Shown: one piece after another, positions 39,637 through 47,954 of the stretch
How the letters are laid out: each line of letters begins with the position of its first letter
How positions within the stretch are numbered: position 1 is the first letter of the stretch
DNA from: Candidatus Eiseniibacteriota bacterium
Lineage (GTDB): Bacteria > Eisenbacteria > RBG-16-71-46
Direction of reading: 5' to 3'
Length of the DNA: 64,000 nt
Assembly (NCBI GenBank): GCA_963717505.1
Contig: OY970342.1
Span: 1,088,001 to 1,152,000, forward strand
The notes under the pieces: generated by a model
The model's input: only the letters and a program-made list of their open reading frames with translations
Database searches by the model: none
Told to the model about the DNA's origin: nothing
Translations under genes and position numbers: made by a program

Positions 39637-42354
39637 TCAATCCGCGTCTTGCGCCTCTTCGGCGGGCGGCGAGTGCTCGGGGAGTTTCCGTTCGACCGAC
39701 ACGATGCGGTAGCGGCGGGTCTGACCGGGTTCGCCGATCTCGACGTTGTCGCCGATCGTGCGGCCGACCAGTGCGCGACCGACCGGCGCCTGGAACGACA
39801 CGACGTGTTCGCCCAAATGGTGCTCGTCTTCGCCGAGGATCCAGTACGTCGCGACATCGGTCTCGCCTTCGAGCACGACCTCGGTGCCCAGACCCACGAC
39901 GCCGTCCTTGGAGTCGACGTCTTCGACGAAGCGCGCGCGCGCGAGGCGCTTCTGGAGAGAGGCCACGAGTTTGCTGACGTTGGCCTGCTTGAGCTTCGCG
40001 GAATGGAACTCCGCGTTCTCGCGCAGGTCGCCCAGCTCGCGCGCCTTGCGGATGGTCTGCGGAATGGTCGTGCGCAGTTCGCGCTCGAGTCGGTCCAGCT
40101 CGCCGCGCAGCCGGTCGAACGTGGCGCGGGTCATGACCACCAGGTCGGTGGTCTCGGCAATCTGGCCGACGCCTTCGAACAGGCGCGCCGAGCGTTGATC
40201 GCGGGCGGTGCGCACAGTGTCGGCTTCCTCGACAAGTCCCAGTCGTTCAACGAGTTCTAGCGCCGGAAACAGGAAACGGTCGCTCGACCGCCACTGGCGG
40301 AGCAACACGCGCACGCGCAACCGATGGTCCTCATCGGGCGGGTGGTCCTTCAGGATGCGCTCGAAGGCACCGCCGGGCTCGAGCCAGCGCAGGACCTTTT
40401 CGGCCACCGAAGCCTTGGGCCGCTCTTCGATCAGCCCGAGTGCCGCATTCAACAATCGCCAGCCTTCCATGCCCTGCGGCGTCGACTCCAATTCCTCCTC
40501 GATGCGCCGGAGCGCCGCCCCGGGGTAGCGGACGGCATGCGCGATCAGCGTCGCACGCAGCGCGTCGCGGCCTCGGTCGTCGAGGCGCTCGAGCAACTCA
40601 CCGGCTTCGGCGCGGACCGAGGCGAAGCGCGAGTCGAGTGCCGAGAGAATCGCATCCGACTCGACGCCCGCAGCGTGCGACGAGCGCAGCAACGCCATCT
40701 GTTCGTCTTCTCCGCTCAGATCGGCGACCGAGAGTCCGCGCTCCCACAACTCGCGCAATACGCTGCCCCATTCCTCGAGTCGCTCCGGATACCAGCGCGC
40801 CACGTGCAGCCCGGCTCGCGCACGATCCATCAGCTCGGCGTCGGAATCATGCATCAGCCGCGCCAGGTAGCGGCCGAACCGCTGCGCGAGTGCCGAGTCG
40901 GCGCCCGGATGCTGGGCCAGGAACTTCTTGAGCGTCGCCAGATTGGTGCGCGCCGGCTTGCGCGCCTCGAGCCCGGGCAGCGGTCCGCTGACATCGGCGG
41001 CCGCGCCCTCGGGAGCCAGCCGATAGCGTTGCTCGAAGGCGCGGGAGGCATCGACCCGCGGGTCCTTCTCCAGCGCCGCCCGTCCCCGCCGCCAGAAAGA
41101 CGTCCAGTCCTTGACCGGAATGATCTGCGAGCCAACCAGGAACACTTTGAGACGCGTGGCGTCCCCGTCGCCGCCCAGGGCGCGCAGCGCACGCACCAGG
41201 ATCTCCGCGGGCTGGCTGGTCGCGAGCTTGACGATCGCGCCCGGATCCGACGCGGCCACCAGCCGCAAGTCCTCCTCGTCGATCGCGGCCAGCGTGCGGC
41301 GCGCGGCCGCGATCGGCATCGCGTGCCCGCGCGAATGGGCGAAGTCCACGCGCACCGTGTCGGCGTCATTGGCGACCACGCGGCCGGCGCCGAACGACGA
41401 GTGGTGCACCGCGCGCCCCGGCGGCAACGACGCGATCGCGTCGAATCGCTCGAGCGACGGCAGGAAGGGTCGTGCTGGGTCGGCGACCCCGGAGGCTGCA
41501 AGGACCGCTTCCGCGTCGGGCAGGTCGCGGGCCGGCCCTTGTCTCAGCCCTTCGACCACCAGGCTCCTCAGGCGATCGGCGGCGCCCGGGCCCAGGCGCT
41601 CGGAGATCTGCGCCACCACCGAGCGCAGGGCAGGCAGGGTTTCACCGGCTCGCCCGGAGAGCTTGATCGGACCAAAGGCGATGTCGAGCAACTGATTGAG
41701 TTCGCCGGTCGCGCCCTGCTCGACCAGAACCGGGAGTGTGGCTACGAGCCGAAGCAGTCCGTCGACATCCTGGTGCTCGGAGAACTCGAGGGCGGCTTCC
41801 TCGAGGCCGGCGTACCGCTTTTCCTCGGCGAAGCGCGGCATCAACTCGGCCAGCAGGGTGCGGCGTTCTCCGGCCCGCCCCGCGGCTCCCAGCCTCACCG
41901 CGAGCTGCAGACCGATTTCGAGATCCTCGGGAATCATGGCCCAGGCGCGCTGCAAAGCTTCGGTGTGCTCGGGTTCGCGGGCCAGGTGCTCGTACGCCGT
42001 CACCAGGAGTCGGACGGCGGCCTGGGTTTCCTCTACGGCGAGTGCCCGCTCGGCGATCAACGACAGGGCTTCCCAGTCAGCGGCGCGAGCCAGTCCGTCG
42101 CCGAGCGCGAGCAGGGTCTGGTGGGCGCGTTCGATCTCGCCGTTCCGGCGGCAGACTTCGGCGAGCAGGAAAGCGACGCCGGCGCTCGGATGGGGCTGGC
42201 GCATGCGCGCCGCGCACTCGTCGCGGACGAAAACCAGCATGCGCTCGCCATCGGCGCGTTCAGCCAACGCGTCGAGATCAGAGACCGCCGAAGCGGTGAG
42301 CGTGGCGGCCTGTTCGCCGCGTAGTACGGGGGGAAGGGCTTCGCGAATGGACAT
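39637..42354 (-). CDS. greA: Large GreA/GreB-family elongation factor with ~750-aa N-terminal extension
   Basis: C-terminal ARELGDLRENAEFHSAK, VGLGTEV, ILGEDE, SFQAPVGRALVG. Confidence 0.82.
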   Translation of the reverse strand: MSIREALPPVLRGEQAATLTASAVSDLDALAERADGERMLVFVRDECAARMRQPHPSAGVAFLLAEVCRRNGEIERAHQTLLALGDGLARAADWEALSLIAERALAVEETQAAVRLLVTAYEHLAREPEHTEALQRAWAMIPEDLEIGLQLAVRLGAAGRAGERRTLLAELMPRFAEEKRYAGLEEAALEFSEHQDVDGLLRLVATLPVLVEQGATGELNQLLDIAFGPIKLSGRAGETLPALRSVVAQISERLGPGAADRLRSLVVEGLRQGPARDLPDAEAVLAASGVADPARPFLPSLERFDAIASLPPGRAVHHSSFGAGRVVANDADTVRVDFAHSRGHAMPIAAARRTLAAIDEEDLRLVAASDPGAIVKLATSQPAEILVRALRALGGDGDATRLKVFLVGSQIIPVKDWTSFWRRGRAALEKDPRVDASRAFEQRYRLAPEGAAADVSGPLPGLEARKPARTNLATLKKFLAQHPGADSALAQRFGRYLARLMHDSDAELMDRARAGLHVARWYPERLEEWGSVLRELWERGLSVADLSGEDEQMALLRSSHAAGVESDAILSALDSRFASVRAEAGELLERLDDRGRDALRATLIAHAVRYPGAALRRIEEELESTPQGMEGWRLLNAALGLIEERPKASVAEKVLRWLEPGGAFERILKDHPPDEDHRLRVRVLLRQWRSSDRFLFPALELVERLGLVEEADTVRTARDQRSARLFEGVGQIAETTDLVVMTRATFDRLRGELDRLERELRTTIPQTIRKARELGDLRENAEFHSAKLKQANVSKLVASLQKRLARARFVEDVDSKDGVVGLGTEVVLEGETDVATYWILGEDEHHLGEHVVSFQAPVGRALVGRTIGDNVEIGEPGQTRRYRIVSVERKLPEHSPPAEEAQDAD

Positions 42355-42401
42355 TCAGCGCTACAGGGTGAGAATGGTCTGCGATGATACACTGGCCGGC
42401 C

Positions 42402-42974
42402 GTGAAGATCTACACGCGCACAGGGGACGATGGCAGCACCGGACTCCTCGGTCCCGAGCGAGTGCCTAAGAGCGATCCCCGGATCGAGGCCTGCGGGGCG
42501 GTGGACGAGCTGAATGCCGCCCTGGGAGTGACCGGGACCCTGGACGATCGCGGTTGGTTCACCGACGAGTTCCGGGGATTCCAGCCGGCGTTGTTCGAAA
42601 TCGGGGCCGCACTCGCGGCCGCCGGACCCCGGGCCCCGGTTGCGCGCGGCGTGACCGACGACGATGTCGCCAAACTCGAGGCCACGATCGACGCGCTCGA
42701 GTCCGCGCTTCCGGCGTTGACGCGCTTCATCCTGCCAGGAGGCACGCCACTGGCCGCACAGCTCCACGTGGCGCGCACCGTGTGCCGGCGCGCCGAGCGC
42801 CGCGTAGTCGCACTGGGCGTCGAGGGTGAGGCCCGGGCGCGCATCGTGCGCTACCTGAACCGGCTCGGCGACCTGCTGTTCGTCATGGCGCGCACCAGCA
42901 ACCGCCGCGCAGGAACCGCGGAAATCGAGTGGCTGCCGGAGCCGCCGGGTGCCGAGGCCGGCGGCACGCGCTGA
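42402..42974 (+). CDS. PduO-type cob(I)alamin adenosyltransferase
   Basis: KIYTRTGDDG, GAVDELN, FILPGG, RTVCRRAER, YLNRLGDLLF. Confidence 0.92.
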   Translation: MKIYTRTGDDGSTGLLGPERVPKSDPRIEACGAVDELNAALGVTGTLDDRGWFTDEFRGFQPALFEIGAALAAAGPRAPVARGVTDDDVAKLEATIDALESALPALTRFILPGGTPLAAQLHVARTVCRRAERRVVALGVEGEARARIVRYLNRLGDLLFVMARTSNRRAGTAEIEWLPEPPGAEAGGTR

Positions 42975-42984
42975 AAGGGCGGGC

Positions 42985-43013
42985 TGGACAAGCGCAATCC
43001 CCGCAGGGATAAT
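42985..43013 (+). promoter_or_regulatory. sigma70-type promoter of rho
   Basis: TGGACA-N17-GATAAT. Confidence 0.6.
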
Positions 43014-43226
43014 GCGCCATACCTCACCGCTTCGCTTTTCGGCCGCACGAGTCCTGCGCGGCCACACTGAGGTTGCCGCGCCGTAGATCGCGGTGATGCG
43101 CCAGGTGGACCCGGCCCCCGAACGTGCGCGGCCTGACCACCTCATTTCGGACGCCGCCTGCCGTTGCGGTCACCCGAGGTCCCAAGTGCACCGGTCCTCA
43201 CGAACCCCGTGGAGAAACCCAACTCG

Positions 43227-44417
43227 ATGAGATCGCGCCGTCGTCGTCCTCGCGGTCCGCGCCCAGTCAATCCTGGCGTCGGCCCCGAACCCGGTAGTTT
43301 CTCCTCGCCGACCGGCGCGCCCCCGCAACGACGTCGACGCCGGCCGCGTGGCGTCGGCCGTCCGGTCGACAACAGCGCACCGCAACCCTATCCCGACAAC
43401 CGGCCGCGCCCGATGGGCCCGCCGCGGCAGGGTGGTGGTGGTGGTGGTGGTGGCGGCAGCATGCGCCGCCGGAATCGCGGTCGTGGTAATGGCGGTCCGC
43501 CGCGACGTCGCGGCCTGGAAGTTCTCCGTGACGTGCAGCAGGTTGGCGTCGCGCTCGATCCCACCGAGCGCCTGGTCCTCGAGCTACCGCCCGGCAAGGG
43601 CGATCCCCCCTATGGAGATCGCATCACGGGGCGGGCCATCGATCTGATCGCGCCCATAGGTCGCGGACAGCGTTGCGTGATCGTCTCGCCGCCCAAAGCC
43701 GGCAAGACCCGCATCCTGCAGGCGATCGCGTCCTCGATCGCGCACAACCATCCCGAGGTCCTGATCTACGCGCTGCTGGTCGACGAGCGGCCCGAGGAGG
43801 TCACCGACTTCCGCCGCAACACGCCGGCGAACGTCATCGCCGCTTCGAGCGACATGACCATCCGCCAGCACATCGAGACCGCCGAACACGCGATGGAGGT
43901 GGTCGCCGGCCACGTGCTCGAGGGCAAGGATGTCGTCCTGCTGCTCGACTCGATCACGCGCCTGGCACGCGCCTACAACAACAACGCCGACGGCAGCGGT
44001 CGCACGATGTCGGGCGGTCTCGACACCAACGCCATGCAGTCGCCGCGGCAGATCTTCGGCGCCGCGCGCAAGATCGAGGGCGGCGGCTCGCTGACCATCA
44101 TCGGCACGGCGCTGGTCGACACCGGCTCGCGCATGGATCAGATCATCTTCGAGGAGTTCAAGGGCACCGGGAACAGCGAGATCTACCTGTCGCGCGAACT
44201 GGCGGAGCGCCGCATCTATCCGGCGATCGACATCCAGAAGAGCGGCACGCGCAAGGAAGAGAAGCTCTATCCGCCCGACATCGTGCCGAAGATCCACCTG
44301 CTGCGGCGCGGTCTGGCCGGGCTGCAGCCGGTCGAGGCGATGACCAAGCTGCTGGAGCTGCTCCAGCGCTGGAAGAGCAACGAGGAGATTTTCAACCTGC
44401 TGCGCAGCAGCGAGTAG
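43227..44417 (+). CDS. rho: Transcription termination factor Rho lacking the canonical N-terminal RNA-binding domain
   Basis: APIGRGQR, SPPKAGKT, DERPEEVTD, LLDSITRLARAYN, FEEFKGTGN, SGTRKEE; start could be 43164-43227. Confidence 0.88.
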   Translation: MRSRRRRPRGPRPVNPGVGPEPGSFSSPTGAPPQRRRRRPRGVGRPVDNSAPQPYPDNRPRPMGPPRQGGGGGGGGGSMRRRNRGRGNGGPPRRRGLEVLRDVQQVGVALDPTERLVLELPPGKGDPPYGDRITGRAIDLIAPIGRGQRCVIVSPPKAGKTRILQAIASSIAHNHPEVLIYALLVDERPEEVTDFRRNTPANVIAASSDMTIRQHIETAEHAMEVVAGHVLEGKDVVLLLDSITRLARAYNNNADGSGRTMSGGLDTNAMQSPRQIFGAARKIEGGGSLTIIGTALVDTGSRMDQIIFEEFKGTGNSEIYLSRELAERRIYPAIDIQKSGTRKEEKLYPPDIVPKIHLLRRGLAGLQPVEAMTKLLELLQRWKSNEEIFNLLRSSE

Positions 44418-44423
44418 GCACGC

Positions 44424-44981
44424 TCACACCCGCTCGACGAACTCCCCGGTGCGGGTGTCGATCTTCACGCGGTTCCCGATCTCGATGTAGGGCGGGACTT
44501 TGATCTCGAGGCCGGTCTCGAGGGTCGCCGGCTTCGAGGTGTTCTGCACCGCGGCGCCCTTGATGTTGGGCGTGGTCTCGCGGACCTCGAGTTCCACGAA
44601 CATCGGCACCTCGATCCCGACCACGCGACCTTCGAAGTACATCGCCTCGAGAGCCATCCCCTCGATCATGTAGCCGACCGCGTCGCCCAGGACGTCCTTG
44701 CCGAGGGCCACCATTTCGTAGCTCTCGGTATTCATGAAGTGGAATTCGTCACCGGCGCGGTAGCTGAACTGCAGAGTAGTGCTGCTCGAGGTTGGCCTTC
44801 TCGACCTTGTCCTCGGAGCGGAACCGGTGTTCGGTGTTGCTGCCGGTCTCGATGTTGACCAGCGGGTCTGGACCATGCCGCGCCAGTTGCCCGGGGTGAC
44901 GTGAACCACGTTCGTCACCCGGTGCGGCTTGCCGTTGTGCATGATGACGTTGCCGACCTTGATCTGGGTGGCGGCGATCAC
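44424..44981 (-). CDS. efp: Elongation factor P with two compensating indels (~44864 and ~44778)
   Basis: HVTPGNWRG, FMNTESYE, KPATLETG, VPPYI, IDTRTGEFVER; segment LVNIETG..RFRSEDKVE lies in another frame. Confidence 0.9.
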   Translation of the reverse strand: MIAATQIKVGNVIMHNGKPHRVTNVVHVTPGNWRGMVQTRWSTSRPAATPNTGSAPRTRSRRPTSSSTTLQFSYRAGDEFHFMNTESYEMVALGKDVLGDAVGYMIEGMALEAMYFEGRVVGIEVPMFVELEVRETTPNIKGAAVQNTSKPATLETGLEIKVPPYIEIGNRVKIDTRTGEFVERV

Positions 44982-45081
44982 GGGAGCACTCCTGGGTTTG
45001 CAGGTGGGAATACGAAGGGGGGAAACACACCCTCCAGGGGCCTCCCCACGACAGCGGCCGATGATTCTGGCGGAAACCAGA

Positions 45082-45107
45082 GGGGCGGCGCAACCGCGCG
45101 CCGCCCC
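45082..45107 (-). terminator. Hairpin downstream of the metalloprotease
   Basis: GGGGCGGCG/CGCCGCCCC stem with weak T tail on the minus strand. Confidence 0.45.
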
Positions 45108-45131
45108 CGTCGACTTCGTGGCTTGCTTCCC

Positions 45132-47834
45132 CTAATCGGCCTTGACCTCCATCTGCGCCGCCAACGCGGTGCCGATGCGCGCGTCGGTCTCCTGCAGGTG
45201 GGCGCGAGTGGTGGTTTCCAACGCGGTGCCGGCCGCCAGCTTCGTGCGGATCTTCCGCTGGATCCGCTCCATCGAGTAACGCGCCAGCGTGGTCGCGTCC
45301 TCGGGATACTTCATTCCCGGCGTGGTCGCGAGGAATCCGGTGGCGGCACCCGGCTGGCGGGTCGCGATGCGCACCAGGTGCCGCAGGTGCTCGCGCTGGA
45401 CGTTGCGCCGCAGGCTCGAGATCTCGCGACCGGCGCCGTCGAGCTCGGACCAGATCGACGTGTTGAGATCGCCGAACAGGTCCGCCATGCGGAACACCGG
45501 CGCGCCGGCGGCAAACCGCAGCTCGTTGTCCTGGATCCGCGCCAGCGTCACCGGGTGCAGCAGCCGACCCAGCACCAACGCCTGGACGTTCAGCACGCTC
45601 TGGTGCCAGGGGAAGTCGAGTCGCTGGTTCTGGAAGTAGGCCGGGTTCAGGCCGTAGTTGCGGTCGATCGCGAGCTTGTTGTTCACCGACGGCGGGAGCG
45701 GGAACGCCTTCGGCCCGAAGCAGTGCTCGGACAGCAGCGCCAGCGCTTCCTTCTGCTTCGCGGCCGCCACCGGCTCGAACGGCACGCGGCCGTTCGGGTC
45801 GCCGACGTGATCGCGCCGGTGGTAGACACCGCCCACGAACTTGGAGGAGGTCAGCATCGAGCGGAAGTTGTCCGCCAGGCCGCGCAGCATGGCGCGCCGC
45901 AGGATCTGGTAGCCGTCTCCGGGCTCGGCCAGCTTGGCGTCCATCGTCGACCACAGCTCGTTCACCAGCCCGACGCGTTCACGGAAGTACGCGAGCGGGT
46001 CGGTGGCCTGGTCGTACTGGTTCGCCAGAGGATCGATCGACCACGGCGAGTAGGTGCCGATCGCATCTTCGTCGGTCGAGTACGGCAGCATCGGGTCGGC
46101 GCAGCGCGACGCAATCGCCGCGAGCCCGGCCGCCTCGTCTCCCGAGATCGGCTTGTATGCGTATTCGATCGCCCAGTAGTCGTAAGGGCCGAGCGTCACC
46201 GGGACGAAGTGCCCCTGCGTGCGCCCCTTGCCGGCGACGATCACCGGGTTGTAGTCCATAACCGAACTCGACTGGGAAAGCTCGGTCGTCCGCTGGACGT
46301 TGTACAGGTCCTCCACCGGCAGGATCGAGCTCGCGCGGAAATTGTGGCGGAGTCCTAGCGTGTGGCCGACTTCGTGGGCCGTCAGCTCGAGGATGTACTC
46401 GTGCATCAGCTTCTTTTCCATCTCCGGCGACAGCCCGCCGCGCGCCTCGAGCACGGCGACTGCGAACGACGCCTGCTCCGCGAGCCCGCTGGCGTAGCCG
46501 CACTGGCCGCGCGGATCCTTGGCCCACGCCGTCGCGGGCGATGCCATCCCCTCGTGCGCCGGACTCGCCGGCGCCACGTATTCCTCGCCCACCCGGCGCG
46601 CGTTGCGGATGATGCCTTCGCTCATGCCGATGTCGGCGTCATAGATCTCGCCGGTCAACGGATTCGCGCGGGACGGGCCGATGGCGAAGGTGGCGTCGAC
46701 GCCGGCGAACCAGCGAATCACGTTGTAGCGCACGTCGGCCGGATCCCAGTCTGCGTCGTCCGGCATCTGCTTGACGACCACCGCGTCCTTGAACCCGATC
46801 TTCTCGAACGCCTGGTTCCACAGCAGCGTGCCCTCGCGCATCGCGTCGCGGTACTCGACCGGGATCGTGTTCTCGAGCCAGAACACGATCGGCTGCTTGG
46901 GGGGCGACACCGCGGCCGCCGGATCCTGCTTCTCCAGGTTCCAGCGGGTGATGTAGCGCCGGTAGGGCGACTGCGGAACGTCCGAGGAGAAGTCCTGTTG
47001 GACCACCAGGAAGTGTCCGACCCGGTCGTCGGCCAGCCGCGGGCGGTAGCTGCTCTGCGGAATCGCCGACAGGCTGTACTTGACCAGCGCCGGGATGCTG
47101 CGGCCGTCGGCGAGCGTGATCGACGGCACCTTGAGCTCGTCGGTCGTGTAGTGGAGGAACACGTCGATCAAGACGTTCTCGGGGAAGCCGTGCACTCCGC
47201 GGACGCCGCTGCGTTCCTTGTCGAACCCGAACTTGGTCGGCTCGTACGCCTGGGACAAGCCGACGGCGAACCCGGGAAGGTCGCGCGAGCCGAACAGCTC
47301 CTGCGCATCGACCAGCACGCTCTTGCGTTCCGGATGCGGCTGGGACTGGATCTTGGCCGAGCTCATGATCGCGTCGGGGAACGAGCGCTGGATCGCGCGC
47401 AACTGGGCCGTTCCGGGGTCCGAGGTGAACGAGGTGTTCTTGCGAACCCAGTTGATGGTCTTGCCGACACGCTTGAACTCGCAGCCGAAGTCGGCCAACT
47501 GCTGCGCGGCATAGAACCCACGCTCGCCGGCGGCCTGATCCAGGCTGGCCGCGAACAGAACCATCGTGTCGAGCTGCGCCGGCAGGATCTCCATGAAGAC
47601 TTTGCCGTCGTCCGCGCGGCGGTAGAACGTGAACAGGCCGGGAACGACCTCGAAGTCCTTGATCACCGTGTCGAACGGTTTCTCGTCGCCGGACTTGGCC
47701 TCGGCGGTGGCTTCCTTCTTGGCGTCTTTCTTCTCCTTCTTGGCCGCGAGCGCGGGCGAAGGCCCGAGCGCCGGCACGATGCCGATCGCGAGCGCGACCA
47801 GCACGAGAAGGACGGGGAGTCGGGTGCGAGTCAT
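45132..47834 (-). CDS. Exported zinc metalloprotease (metzincin; DUF5117/DUF4953-type architecture)
   Basis: Signal peptide, RLADDRVG, HEVGHTLGLRHNF, Met-turn SVMDY, GPYDYWAIEYAY. Confidence 0.88.
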   Translation of the reverse strand: MTRTRLPVLLVLVALAIGIVPALGPSPALAAKKEKKDAKKEATAEAKSGDEKPFDTVIKDFEVVPGLFTFYRRADDGKVFMEILPAQLDTMVLFAASLDQAAGERGFYAAQQLADFGCEFKRVGKTINWVRKNTSFTSDPGTAQLRAIQRSFPDAIMSSAKIQSQPHPERKSVLVDAQELFGSRDLPGFAVGLSQAYEPTKFGFDKERSGVRGVHGFPENVLIDVFLHYTTDELKVPSITLADGRSIPALVKYSLSAIPQSSYRPRLADDRVGHFLVVQQDFSSDVPQSPYRRYITRWNLEKQDPAAAVSPPKQPIVFWLENTIPVEYRDAMREGTLLWNQAFEKIGFKDAVVVKQMPDDADWDPADVRYNVIRWFAGVDATFAIGPSRANPLTGEIYDADIGMSEGIIRNARRVGEEYVAPASPAHEGMASPATAWAKDPRGQCGYASGLAEQASFAVAVLEARGGLSPEMEKKLMHEYILELTAHEVGHTLGLRHNFRASSILPVEDLYNVQRTTELSQSSSVMDYNPVIVAGKGRTQGHFVPVTLGPYDYWAIEYAYKPISGDEAAGLAAIASRCADPMLPYSTDEDAIGTYSPWSIDPLANQYDQATDPLAYFRERVGLVNELWSTMDAKLAEPGDGYQILRRAMLRGLADNFRSMLTSSKFVGGVYHRRDHVGDPNGRVPFEPVAAAKQKEALALLSEHCFGPKAFPLPPSVNNKLAIDRNYGLNPAYFQNQRLDFPWHQSVLNVQALVLGRLLHPVTLARIQDNELRFAAGAPVFRMADLFGDLNTSIWSELDGAGREISSLRRNVQREHLRHLVRIATRQPGAATGFLATTPGMKYPEDATTLARYSMERIQRKIRTKLAAGTALETTTRAHLQETDARIGTALAAQMEVKAD

Positions 47835-47900
47835 GGGAACCTCCGATTCAGGACGTGTCGACTGCAACGAACCAAGGCAGGGTAGCACCGCTCATGAGAA

Positions 47901-47926
47901 CGGGGGCGGCATGGTGGCCGCCCCCG
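47901..47926. terminator. Hairpin between the two metalloprotease genes
   Basis: CGGGGGCGGC/GCCGCCCCCG 10-bp stem. Confidence 0.5.
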
Positions 47927-47954
47927 CTCGATCCCACATGTTTCTTCTCAGGCC

